Below, in pieces: positions 39,261 to 52,583 of a DNA stretch of 64,000 nucleotides. The stretch's first letter is position 1; every line of letters starts with the position of its first letter. The notes beneath the pieces were generated by a model. That model saw only the letters and a program-made list of their open reading frames with translations, was not told the origin of the DNA and did not search any database. A program made the position numbers and the translations under genes. Location: positions 5,210,001 through 5,274,000 of the forward strand of contig NC_087252.1 of the NCBI RefSeq assembly GCF_037042905.1. The letters are read 5' to 3'. This DNA comes from Lytechinus pictus. Lineage: Eukaryota.

Positions 39261-40187
39261 TGTTGACCAGCATGTTAGACATGTAATCGTAGCCGGGCAG
39301 AATATTGTGATATAAATGTTAATTCTGATGATGATTTTTATTTCAACATTGAGAATATGTGTTTGTAAAATTATGAAAATTAAATTGTTACTGAAAAACA
39401 TCCGAAAAAATATAAAAACTCCAATTCAATAGAAAAATCACACAACAAATTGATTAGCAAAAGGGCAACTTTTCTTTCCTGAGGAAGAGCACCTTCGATA
39501 ATCATGTTGTTTGCTGACTTGTGAGTTGGGGTAGGCTCATGATCTTTGAAGCATCTGTCATCTAGATAAATCATTTGAAGAAGTGCTCGGTAAGTTTAGA
39601 GAGACAATTGCATTTGTAATATTTGTTAAGAAAGATGAAAAGTATAAATATTACACCTTTAATTAATCTAGCCCACTTCTTCTGCATCGGACTCCATAGA
39701 TTAAGATCTTATTCGAGTTTCCCTTGCCAAATTGACACAACATGGTATCACAACCTGGGAAATATTTGTGCATAGCTAGCATCTTTCTCCAAACTTCAAT
39801 GCCATACCTTTAATGTCAAGTACTTAATGTCAGTTACTTTTCCATCAGTATGCAAAAGTCTCGTAAGCCCAATATGAGGACACTGGTAGAATAGAAATAT
39901 CAGTGTTATCAGATAAAAATCATATATGTTTCTACTGCCATTACATCTTTAGAAGATAGCTGATAGTATATGGAACAGGACATTGGGCCTACCCGTACTT
40001 GTTCATGACACAGTGGTTGTTCCCAAGGAATTAAAATAACTTCCTTGTTGATACAAAACAGCGTCACCCAGTTCTATACCTTTTAAGGATTAATGCAGTT
40101 GCTGGTCGGCCGTCGAATCATATATTGCATAGTTCATATACTCCAAGTGTGAATCGAAGTAACACAGCTATGGTAGAGGCATGTAGT

Positions 40188-40739
40188 CCCGGGGGGGCCA
40201 CTTACATTGACGAGTGGATACCATGCGCGACCAAAAAAACACGTAAAAAGGATGTCTTTTTCACCATAGGGCACGTTACGTACGTAACGTGATAAGGGTG
40301 TCAAAAACACAAAAATAATGAAAAAAGGGTATCTATTTCGCTAGGACAATTACGTGTTTAGGGTCGAATTTGCGGGGATGATAAAACAAAATTAATTTTT
40401 TTTATAAAGGATGTCCTTTTTGCCCCAACACTTCGTGTTTAGAGTCCAATTTGCGCGAGGTGTAGAAGGTGGGGTCGTACTAAACCAAATAAGGTAAAGC
40501 CGACGACCGAAGGACCCGTAACAATAAAACATTCCTGTACTTGTTTAGGGGTTCATTTCAGGGAATATTTGCCAAGAGTATCGTTTTGTTTCCAATACTT
40601 GTTAAGGGTAGGGTTTCACACGCCAATATTTGTTAAGGGGTGCATTTTCAGAATATGGAAATTACGTGTTTAGGGTGCTTTTCGAGACCCCATGGTCGCG
40701 CATGGTATCCACTCGTGAATGGATGTGGCCCCCCCCCGG
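40188..40739. mobile_element. MITE with 8 bp TSD
   Basis: TSD CATGTAGT at 40180-40187 and 40740-40747. Absent from the paralog at ~23727. Confidence 0.85.
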
Positions 40740-40856
40740 CATGTAGTTGAGATTGTTGGTGAAGTGGAATCCTATGAGCATCTGGTCTAAGAGGTATGGT
40801 ACATAGGGTAGTTGTGAAAGGAATATAAGAGGACATGGTGTAAAATGTTAATTTGG

Positions 40857-41101
40857 CATAGGCGGCGGAAGCGGGTGGGACGAGGGGACGTGTCCCCCCA
40901 TAAATTTGAGGTGGGGGACGATCCCCCCCAACAAATTTTGTTGATAACCGTTTTTTTTTTTTTGGCTTGTCAAAAAATTTTGGTGGTTCCTCCCTGGAAT
41001 TTTGGTACGTGGATGACCTTATTTTTTTTATTATTATTATTTTTTGCTTGTCAACAAATTTTGGTGGTCCCCCCTAAAATATTTGGCTTCCGCCGCCAAT
41101 G
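40857..41101. mobile_element. hAT-like MITE with 8 bp TSD
   Basis: TAATTTGG|CATAGGCGGCGGAAGC...GCTTCCGCCGCCAATG|TAATTTGG. Confidence 0.85.
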
Positions 41102-42139
41102 TAATTTGGTATAGATTATTTGGAATCCCATGAAATTATTTGATACCAAATGATAAATTAAACGTAAGTCCTGTGAAACTCGAGCGATCATCAACCTTTC
41201 ATGCGTGTAAAAAACCTAAAAATTACCTATACATGAGCTTCATTACAAGCTTTTCCATAAATAATGAAAATCTCCTTGATTAGGTTGACAATTTTTTGTA
41301 ACATGTACTTATCAAAGAATATTCAATGCTAAAAGATGACATGATGAAACAAGGTGGTTTAGATGTGAACCACGAGTCTCGCCTGATTTCGCGATAATTG
41401 AAATATGCATTATAATCGTTGACACCTAGATAACCTTTGACCTCATCATCTTCGTGAATACACATGTGGTATTATCCAAGGATCATATTTAACAAGTATG
41501 AACAAAATCGATGCAGAAATAAAGAAATGAGAGCAAGTTGAACAAAAACTTCAAAAAGGATGGACATGATCATATATCATTTGACCTTTTGACCCCTAGA
41601 TGACCTTCAACCTCATCACCCTTATAAACACATTATGTGGTATTACTCAAGGATCATATTTACCAAGTATGAACATAGTTGATGCAGAAATTACGAAATG
41701 AGAACAAGTTAAATGAAAACTAGGAAGAAGTCTGATGATCAATATTTTCTAATTTGATGCCATTTGGCGCAAGCCTTTTTTTTTACCCCTGACAAAAACG
41801 TTCTTGTTCGCTCAAGCATGAACAAAACTATTTTTTAAAATGGCATTTGAAAGATAAAACATCAGAGCATCTATTAACATCAATATATAGACATCATGAT
41901 TTGAAACAAAATTTTGACAGAATTTTCGAAACTGCCCCGTTTTTTTTAATACGCACTGTATATAGCTATTGGAATGTAGCCTATGTTTTGTATACTTTTG
42001 ATATTTCCTCCGATAATTATGAAACAAAATGAAGTAAAGGAGTATTAGATACAGCTCAAATAGTTATTTCTACTAGACCCAGGCGCGAGTGCAGGGGCTC
42101 GCGGTCTTCCACCTTAATAAAAAGCTACAGAGATAATAT

Positions 42140-43207
42140 AGGTTTTCCCGTTCAATTTCATCAGAGTAGCATTTAAATTAATGAAAGGACGTTTAAATTC
42201 GAAAGATTTTTGTCCACCCTATGCACATGGTTCATTTTTATTTATTCAGCATTCAATTCCGTTCTATATCATTCCTTTGAATTTTGTAGAAATTCAATTT
42301 AGAGAGAAATTCGTTCAAATTAAAGGCCCAAAGTTGTCATTTAATTTAGCTACGACGGACTGATCGTTTAATTTCAAGTTCAATTTCATTTATCGGCACA
42401 CATATTTGCACTTTAAACGTCCAAATTCAGATAACATGTTATGTGTTCATTTTTTTTATTACGTTATACAATATTTGTTCAAACTTTATCTTATTTTTAA
42501 TTTTTTTCTGATTTTTTAAAAGTTAGATTCATTTTATTCCATTATGTTTGATAAAGACGTAATTGATAGGATGTGGTTGTAAACAGTTATTCTTTTAGTG
42601 AGTGGGTGGATGACCTATGCCTATGGCACGTATTTTTCTTCATCATCTTTTTCTTCTTCGTGTTCGTGTTCTTTTTTTTATTTTATAATTTTTATTTTTT
42701 ACATAATTGTAATTCATATTGTGTTGGGGAAGGAATAAGAGACATGGTATTGACCACAGGCTATAGTTAAAAAAAAAAGAAAACTACCAACGAAAAACAC
42801 TGTCCATATCCTATAAGTGATTGCGTATCTATGATTTTGAATTCCTAAACTTACGCAAGGAGGGTACCGGTGGGAATTTGAAAACATTTCTTCAGCTATT
42901 TTAATTCCTTGAATGCTCGATGCGCCCGATCAGGGTAGCCGTACTAAAGCCGGGGTAATAGTATGCAGCGCTTAGAAACATTTGTATTAAGCGCTATATA
43001 AATGTTGCATATTATTATTAATTTGATCGTTCTTTATACATGTTTAAATGAGATAAACATGAAATCGTATGCCATTCAAATTAAACTGAATTAAGTATTT
43101 GGCCATTTAAATGTTGATCTTATAGGTCATTCAAATTAGTTGCAAATTGAATTATTACATCATTAAATCGATTGAAATTTTGACTAAAAAATTAGACGGG
43201 AAAACCT
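42140..43207. mobile_element. TIR element with AGGTTTTCC termini
   Basis: AGGTTTTCCCGTTCAATTT...AAATTAGACGGGAAAACCT. Contains a SINE/L2-type tail at ~42900-43020. Confidence 0.7.
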
Positions 43208-44170
43208 ATTTTATATTAATGTCTTAGTCACTAATACCTCTCGTCTTGGTTAACTGCCTGTCAAGGCTGTCGTATTATTGGAGTACTATATATAGTTTTT
43301 CCAGGTCAAATGTTCGCCGTGTCAGAGCAAGTTTCAGATCAGGTAATTCAAATGTCAATAGGGAATTCAAATGTCCCATTAGCCAGACTTGTATCCCAAT
43401 AGATGAATAAAATGTCCTTAGAGAAGTCAAATGTCCACACAATAGAATTCATTTTCAATAGGTAGATCAAATGTCCATCTTGCAAATCAAATGTCCTAGT
43501 AGATAAATAAGATGTCCATAGGGAATTCAAATATCCGTTCAATAGCAAATGTTACATAATCATGCATAAATTAAGACATCAAGTCGTACTTAGGTAAATC
43601 AAATGTCGTTTAGGTAATTCAAATGTCCATTTGCTAATGATGCTGAAAAGAGATTGAATTTTCTTATAATGTATGACAAATGTACACATTAAGTATCGAA
43701 ATTCTGTTCAGTAGTAAAGATTATTCAAACAATAGTGTAAAAACCAATGACAATTTGGTTTATTGAAAGAAAATATAGGTTTTTCAGGTCAAATGTCCGC
43801 AAATTGGAACCAATCGTCCATATAGGTATTTCAAATGTCCGTGTACATAAACAAATGTCCGCATAAGAAAATGGATGTCCGATTAGGGATTTCAAATGTC
43901 CATGGAGGTTCAAAGTGTCCATATAGCTAAATCAAATATCCGATTAGGGAGTTCAAATGTCCACGTATGTTCAAAGTGTCCATATAGCTATATCAAATAT
44001 CCGATTAGGGAAACCAAAAGTCACATAGGGAACTAAATGTCCAATTAGAGAGTGTAATATCCCACTTGGGAAAACAAATGTCGTATAGGGATCTGAATTG
44101 TCCACGGTTTGAAATAATGATTACTCGAACATGATAACTTCATTTTTTCATCTTTCGCTTTTTCATTTTC

Positions 44171-44205
<35 letters not shown>

Positions 44206-45577
44206 GGTATTTAGAGGCGCTAAAAACAAAAAGTACCATAGCGCGTACAGTGTAGGAATAACAATTTAACATTTGCAATAATTACTACAATATTCAAGAT
44301 AAAAAGGGAAATTAATTATTGATGAAAAAGGTATGTCTTAAGGGAAGATTTGAAGCCAAGAACACAGGAAGCATTTCTTATTGAAAGAGGGATAGTATTC
44401 CAAGTCTTGGCAGCTGCTACAGCAAATTGTTTTTCGGCAGAGGAGAGTTTTGACAAGGGAATGCAAAGTCTGCATGTGTCAGTGATTGAACGAAGATTAC
44501 GAGAGGGTGTGTATAATTTGATGGTATTATTAAGATATTTAGGTGCTAGATGATTTAGAGTTTTGTATACATATAAACAGACTTTAAACTGAATACGTTG
44601 GAATAGAGGTAGCCAGTGGAGTTCCTTAAGTAGGGGTGTAGTGTGAGTTCGGGATCCAAAGCCAAAAATTAATCGAGCGGCACGATTCTGAATAACCTCA
44701 AGTTTTCTTCTATCTCTAGCTGACAAAACAGTATATAAACTATTACAGTAATCTAACCGAGAAAGAATAAGTGCTCGCACAGCATGGTGAGATGTCTTAA
44801 GATCAATGAATCTACGGATCCTCCACAAATTGCTGAGATTATATAATTACAATTACGGACAACCTGATTTACTTGAGCAGACAGTGTGAACATGTTATCA
44901 ATGCATACTCCAAGAACAGTAGTTTTAGTGGAGATGGGGATGCATTGACCATTAACATTAAGCTGAATATGTGATATTGATTGCAGATGGCGGGCAGAAG
45001 AACAGAGAGCTATGAATTCAGTTTTGCTATTATTCAGCTGGAGATAGTTAGATGACATCCACCTACTTATTTCTGAAATACAAAGAGAGGGTTTCTCAAG
45101 TGTTTTATTTATGTTATCAAAAGAGCGCGGGTCAAAGGAACAATATAGTTGTACATCATCTGCATAACAAATATACTGTAGACCATGTTTATTGATAATG
45201 TCAGAGATGGGAGTGATATACAAACTAAACAGAATCGGCCCGAGAACTGACCCTTGGGGTACCCCAAACTCAGTGACCCACGGGTCAGACAACTCTCCGG
45301 CTATGATTACCCTAGATGACCAACCAGTCAGGTAAGACTTAAACCATTTAAGAGCTAGACCAGATATGTGAAATCGAGATTTTAAGCGATTCAGTAGTAT
45401 GGTATGATCCACAGTGTCAAAAGCTGCACTTAGGTGCAATGAGACTAAGAAAATACACTTATGCTGATCAAAATATGACAGAACCTCATTCTGCAATTTC
45501 AAAAGGGCTGTCTCAGTGCTGAAATAGGATCTATATGCTGACTGCACTGGATCGTATATCATTTATCATTACCATTA
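44171..45577 (-). mobile_element. 5'-truncated L2-clade LINE (RT domain to 3' tail)
   Basis: QSAYR..STETALL, LSAAFDTVDH, GVPQGSVLGP, YADD, SRLDYCNSL, HTTPLLKELHWLP. Frameshift near 44825 and (TTA)n tail. TCATTTTC is repeated at both ends. Confidence 0.9.
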
Positions 45578-46383
45578 TCATTTTCTGTCACTCAGCTTTC
45601 CCTTTCCCTTTCCCTTCCTGCTCGATCTATCCATTTGTCATGCAAGGTATCCCCCCCCCCCATTTCACAAATTTGCTGACCTCCTTGATTTTTATCCTTA
45701 TTTTTATTTATTTATTTATTCATTTTTTGGTCTATTCTTTTTTTTTTTTTTTTTTTTTTTTGGGGGGGGGGGGGGGGAGGGGCGGGGTCTTGGCCCTGTA
45801 TGTTGTATTTTCATTTTCATTCTACCCCGCCCCTGTTTTGGAGCCGTTTATGTCTTGGTGGAGATGGAGCGCCTTTTGTATCAGGCTCTTTTCTCTTCCT
45901 TCCATTCATTCCACCTTTTCAACTTTTCCTTCTCTACTCATTTGTTATAGGCAAACAAACAAATGTCATATAGTGATTTCAATAGTCTCTATGTGTGTAA
46001 AATGTTATGTTTCTTACATATTTTGTTGTTTATTTACCAAATTATTATATTCCTTCCATTACATATCGAACGGCACATAACATGATCTACGGACAAACTA
46101 CGGATATTATTTACAATATTTTTTTTTACTCAAACCCAGAGTATATTCTTAACATGGCATTTAATTTCATAATTCATATGAAAAACTAATTATTTGTAAA
46201 AATGTTTGTTCCTTACTGTTATGAAACCTATTTAAGTCATTTTAAAAATAAGTATTGTTTAATTCTTTTTAAGTAGATAAATTTCCTCAGTCTCTCACCC
46301 ATCCCAAACATGTAATTTATCTACTTGCAGGCACAAATGAAAATTATTTCTATTTATATGTATGTTTATCATGAATACATCTA

Positions 46384-48064
46384 TGTCACAAGCAATTCTT
46401 TTTTTATTTTTGCACTCAAGCAAAATTCTAAAATTTGTTTATTTAATATAGAAAATGTTAACAGGAGAAATTGATTAATGGTGTAATCCTGAAAATTGTG
46501 TTTAAATAAAGAAAATCTAAATTTGAAAGGTATTAATAATTTACTCATTTTGGCCTTGTGATGGCAGTATTATTGATTGAGTTGTATAAAAGACCTATGT
46601 ATTTAATTACTTAAATAGGAAGGGCTATAAAGTATTCAGCTCTTGCAGGTTCTTTTGTTGTAGGTTGGAGGTTCTAGTAACAGGTGGAATAAACACTTAG
46701 CATTCCAAGACCCGCCCGAGGTCTATTGATTGTACAGTGCACCTAATTGCTGTGCACAGAGAGAAGGATCACTTTCATTTTGTTGCTCTTTGAGAGAGGT
46801 TGTGTTCTGAGGAGCAAGGAAGAAATGACCCTCAGTTTTCAATTAGTTTTGGAGTTTCCTACCCACAATGGTGGTGAGTCTATTTGTATTTTATCAGTAT
46901 ATTTCAGCTTTAAAAAGAGAAATATTAAATTTTGCAATCTAAGAGGTAATTTTGCTCTGAATTTCTAATCCAGATTTTGTTATAATAATTATACCAATCA
47001 GAAGCCTGTTTCGGCAACTTTAATAGGCATAATTTTACGCCGAGTTTTAACAATTTCCGGCTTCAAATAATTATCACAATTATATTGCATTGATGGAATA
47101 GTTGTATTTCAGTATTTTTTTCAAGAGTGAATTTATGTCAATTTTTCTAGGATTTATAATTTACATGTATGCTGATGAATTATTACTATCCAGATATTCT
47201 GTCGTTGCTTAATAATTAATAAGAAAGACATGTATTTATCAAAATGATTTATAAAAGTAATCATTGAGATGTTAAAAATTAGGATTTGCCATTATAGATA
47301 ATGGGAATTTATTCAATTTTCAAGGGTCCTTTGGTCAGGGAGCTGTTACCCATGGACAGCCATTTTATTCTGGGGCTACATCCATAGAAGCCTTCACTTT
47401 TCGTCGGCCCTGAACCAAGATGACATATTCTGAATATTCAACCCCGAGTTCAGCTTAGTTTCTTCTCGACGTCATGCGACAGGTCGAAAGCGCCTAGACT
47501 TCGGTGACGCCATTCTTCGACGGACTTCGTGGATCTCCGATAACCTTTGACATACGTCATTCTACGTCATCAGTTTTCAAGAACATCGGATAACCGCCAT
47601 TTCGGTCAACGTGTCATGTTTTCATCGACATCATATGGACTGCATCCATGTTTAATCAGGGAAGTCCTTTAATTTAATAAACCCTTTATATTGTCCGGAC
47701 AAATTATTATTTCTCCAACCCAATACTGATATTTTTTTCTTCCAAATCTGATATTCTAATCAAACTTAAATTTATTTTGTTATCTTTTGAAAGTCAATAT
47801 CATTTATATGTGAACTTATGTTATATTCATTGTTGAAACTTCCATGGAAATGAATCGCATTTGGAGCGAAATGATATAGTTGTAATAAACAACTTTAAAC
47901 CTGAATGATTATTGTGCAGTGCAATTACTTATGTGTACTTTGACTGCATCATAGCTCTCTTCACTTTAAAAAGGGATGATTGGGGTATGTGAGGTTGTTT
48001 ATGTGATTTGGGGTGATTGGTGACCAAATCTTCAGGTAAAAAAACCCCAGGTTTGATCCTGACA
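46384..48064 (+). repeat. 5' LTR (1681 bp)
   Basis: TGTCACAAG...GATCCTGACA, direct repeat of 52584-54261. Confidence 0.95.
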
Positions 48065-48066
48065 TT

Positions 48067-48083
48067 TGGTGGCTTGTCCGGGA
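48067..48083 (+). promoter_or_regulatory. Primer binding site, tRNA-Pro-like
   Basis: TGGTGGCTTGTCCGGGA versus the canonical Pro PBS TGGGGGCTCGTCCGGGA (2 mismatches). Confidence 0.75.
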
Positions 48084-48261
48084 GGACAAAGTCGAGACCG
48101 AGTTATCGCAGTGAAGAGTAGAAAGTGACTAGTCATTTTACACAGAAGTACATGTATGTGCTAAGTAATATTGTCAAATTGTTCAAGTATTGAGTTGAAC
48201 TTTTATTGTTGCTTCTGACAGTTACCTTTGCATCATTTTATCCTGTTAACACTTTCTCAAC

Positions 48262-51200
48262 ATGGATCTTTCGAAGTTCATTGAGTTAGGAAAGGATTTT
48301 GGATTGCAGGGTGAGAAGTTGCTCACTTTTGCTCGTGAGGAACGGGATAAGGAACTTCATAGGTTAGAAGTCATTGCAGCTAGGGATGAGCGCCAAAAAG
48401 CTAGAGAAGAACAGCAAAAAGGTAGGGAAGAACAGCAAAGACTTGCTGAGGAGATAACTAAACAGAAACAGTTGGATCTCAATCTTGCTGAGTGTAGAAA
48501 GGAAAGTTATGAAGCACAAAGTTTTCAGAGCGCGTTACCTCGTATGCAAGCGTTTGACGCGAACTCTGATGATTTGGATGCATATATCGCGCGTTTTGAG
48601 AGACATGCGGCACTTAGTAAATGGCCAAAGGGAGTTTGGGCCCCGGCGTTAGGAAATCTTCTGACTGGTACTGCCTTAGAGTGTTATACCCGTTTGCCTT
48701 GCAATGAAGCAGAAGATTATGACGCGCTTAAACATGCTTTGTTGCAGCATTTTACTTTAACCGCAGAAGGCTTTCGAAAACGCTTTCGTGAAGCAAAGCA
48801 AAAGGATGGCGAGTCATTTTCTCAGTTCGCAGCTCGCATAACACATTATGCTAAGCGATGGGCTGAGCTTTCAGAATGTAATCGTTCTTTTGACGCGCTT
48901 TTGGACTTATGCATACAATAATAATTGCTAGCTTGCTGCTCTCGTGACTTAGTGATATTTGTCCGTGATCACATCCCACATGATGTGCAAGAGTTGGTCA
49001 AACATGCTGAGCGATACTTTGAAGTGCGCGGCATTAAAGATCAGAAATGCAGGCCTAAAGATAGGAACTCAGATGTTAAATGCCATACATGTGGTAAGTT
49101 AGGACATATTTCACCGAGGTGTCGAACAAGAAAGGATACTTCTAATAATTCCATTAAGAGTCACCCCAAACCATCTCCTCCAGGGAAGGGTAGACAAATT
49201 GGTGGAAGTTGTAAAGCAGGTGTTTGTACCGAGTCTGTAGATGAGGAATTGAATGCTTATAAAGCAGAAGCAATTCAGACTGTGAAACTCATGTGTGGGC
49301 ACGAGGTATTTGTCTTGAATAGTTCATATGATGAGTTAGGTTCAGATATGCCAACCTGCGATGGTGACGTTAATGGTAAGACTATAAGTGTCCTAAGAGA
49401 TACAGGATGTAATGCTGTAGTAGTACGCACTGGTCTTGTACCAAAATCGCAGATGACTGGTAAGTATCAGATGTGTTTGCTCATGGATCGTAGTATTCGG
49501 AGAATTCCTACTGCATTCATAGATGTAAGTACACCATACTTGTCAGGAAAAGTGAAGGCATTTTGTATGGATAACCCTCTTTATGATTTGATAATAGGAA
49601 ATGTTAAAGGGGCAAAGAGGCCAAAGTTCGGAGATAGTGTCGACGCAGAGACGCAGACAGGAGCAGATGAAGGCATCCTGGAGGATGGAGGCCACATCAA
49701 GGAGTTGGAAGAGGTAATAGGGGCTAGTGTAGAAACTAGAGAGATGAAGAGGAAGAAGGAGCAGCCTTGGAGAAAGCTGAAGACACCAGGTGGTATCGAG
49801 ATCTCGGCAACCTGAGACGAGATGCTGAGGGAACAGCAACGGGATACAACTTTGGATAAGGTAAAGAAACTAGCAGATAGTGGAACAAGTAAGTCTGTAG
49901 GTAGTGGGGGAGAAGTTTCTTACTTCTATGAGAACTCACTCTTATATCGATGTTACAGGTCACCACATGTGGAAAATGGTAAGGAGTTCAAGCAATTAGT
50001 AGTACCTAAGCCACTTCGTAAATCTGTTTTACATCTTGCACATGATATGCCTTTAGCTGGACATTTACAAACAAAGAAGACTTTGGATAGGGTAATGTCT
50101 CAATTGTATTGGCCAGGTATTCAGTCTGATGTGAAGAGGTATTGTGCATCATGTGATTCATGTCAGTGCACGACACCGAAGGGAAGAATAGGTAAGGTTC
50201 CATTAGTAACCCCTAAACTGATTGACACATGCTTTCGTCGCGTAGCGGTTGACTTAATTGGTCCGATTCAACCAATTACTGATAAGGGAAATCGCTACAT
50301 CTTAACACTTGTTGATCTGGCTACTCGCTATGCTGAAGCGATTACACTCCCTTCGATAGAAGCAGAGCGCGTAGCAGAAGGATTGATGGACGTATTTTCG
50401 AGACTTGGCTTTCGAAATGAGATGCTTTCAGATAATGGCACTCAGTTCACTGCAGGCGTCATGAAAGAAGCAGCGCGCTTGGTAGGAATTAGACAATTTT
50501 CTACCACGCCTTATCATCCTATGGCGAACGGCGCATGCGAGCGTTTCAACGGGACGCTCAAACAAATGCTCCGGTGCATGTGCCAAGAGAGACCCAAAGA
50601 CTGGGACCGATATCTACCCGCTTTGCTATTTTCATATCGGGAAGTACCGCATGAGAGTACTGGTCACTCACCTTTTGAGTTAATGTATGGTAGAGTAGTG
50701 AGAGGGCCTATGACAATACTTAGGGAACTATGGACAGAGGACATTCCTGAAGAAGAGGTAAAGACCACTTACCAATATGTCTTAGATCTTAAGGATAGAT
50801 TGGAATCTACTTGTGAGGTAGCTAGGAATGTACTTGAGAAATCATCTCTTAAAAGTGCTACTCTTGTTACCCACTAGCCCAAACAAATTTCAAATGCAAT
50901 GGCAGGGACCATTTGAAGTACTTGGACGTGTAGCTCAACACAACTACAAACTTCAGGTACGTGGTAACGAGAAAACTTATCATGCCAATTTGCTAAAGAG
51001 ATATGTAGAGAGATACAGTGGGGAATCAACACTTACGGAGGCTAACTCAGTCAGTGTGGTATCAGAACAAGTAAGTGATGATGAATCAGTATCTATCGAG
51101 TGTCCATCAGTAACTCAAACTGAAGGTATTGATGATGTACACATTAGTGATGAAACCGATGATGTGGAACGAGAACAGTTGGTAGGTTTGGTTAGTGATT

Positions 51201-52542
51201 TCGCTGATGTACTGACCGATGTGCCGGGCCATACTAACATTGGCCAACACAATGTTCAGGTAAAAACTAATGACCCAATTCGTTCTAGACCATATCCTGT
51301 TCCAGACCATATCCTGTTCCACAGAGTATGAAGGAGACTATAAGAGAAGTCAACAAGATGCTGGAGATGAAAGTATTAGAGCCTTCTACATCACCTTACG
51401 CATCACCAGTGGTTCTTGTTCCAAAGAAAGATGGCAAGGTAAGATTTTGTGTAGATTATCGCAAACTAAACACTGTGACAGTTATCGATAATGAACCAAT
51501 ACCCAACATTGAACAGATTATGTATGATATTGGAGAAGCCAGGTACTTTTCCAAAATAGATTTGTCTAAGGAATACTGGCAAATTCCAGTAAAAGAGACG
51601 GATCGTGAGAAGACTGCTTTTGTCACACCAGAAGGTCGGTATCAATTTCGAGTGTAACCTTTTGGCATGGTAAATGCTCCTGCAGTATTTACACGAATGA
51701 TGAGGAAATTGCTAACAGGTTTACCGCATGTCATTCACTACATCGATGATATATTGGTATAAAGTCAAACTTGGGAAGAGCGTGTGGGCGATCTTCGACG
51801 AGTCTTTCAACGATTACGAGAAGCTCATCTGACCGCCCGCCCGAGTAAGTGTCGACTTGGTTGTCGATCTGTAGAATTTCTAGGTCACATTGTAGAGAGA
51901 GGCGTAGTGAAACCGACACCAGAGAAGCTTGCTAAGGTCATGTCGATGTCGAGACCGACAACGAAGAAAGAGGTGAGATTTATCTTAGGTTTGGTAGGAT
52001 ATTATAGGAAATTCATTCCTAACATGTCTGTACTAGCCGCCCCTCTGACTGATCTGACGAAGAAAAGAAATCCAGAGAAGGTAAGATGGGAGGAAAAACA
52101 CGAGCATGCTTTCCGCACGCTGCAGGAAAGATTGTGTAAGTATCCGATCTTACAACTACCCGATTGTAACAAAGAGTATGTAGTCAGAACTGATGCATCA
52201 GACACTGGTATAGGAGCTGTCCTAATGCAAGAGCAAGATGGAGACTTGTTTCCAATAAACTATGCAAGTCGTAAGCTGCTAGATCGCGAACAGAGATATT
52301 CCGTGGTTGAGCGCGAATGCTTAGCTTTGGCATGGGCAGTTAGGAAGTTTTCCTACTACTTGTACAGAAAGAAATTCAAATACCAAACTGATCATTACCC
52401 GCTGGTTTATCTATCGAAAGCGCAACTAAAGAATCCAAGAGTTCTGCGTTGGGCGCTCGCTTTGGAAGCATATGACTACAGCGTTCAAGTAATAAAGGGA
52501 ACAGAGAACTTAGGTGCAGATTATTTAAGTAGATGTCCTTAA
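48262..52542 (+). pseudogene. gag-pol polyprotein with multiple stops and frameshifts
   Basis: CHTCGKLGHISPRC zinc knuckle, protease LRDTG, integrase HHCC plus VDL/SDNG/CER, RT YIDD at 51739-51750, RNase H TDAS..ERE..TDH..ADYLSR. Stops at 48919-48924, 49813, 51655 and 51760. Confidence 0.95.
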
Positions 52543-52583
52543 ATTTTTTTAATTATGGCTTTCGTCTCAAGGAAGGGGAAGTT

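Larger units (their letters stand above)
39480..41440 (-). pseudogene. Unidentified block X, copy 2, interrupted by two MITEs
   Basis: Colinear with ~23010-24160 once 40188-40739 and 40857-41101 are removed. Confidence 0.35.

Noticed and set aside
45535..46080. 181-aa hydrophobic ORF and related ORFs at 56235-56755
   Set aside because: They derive from T-rich and homopolymer tracts of a non-coding transposon, and the frames are not conserved between copies.
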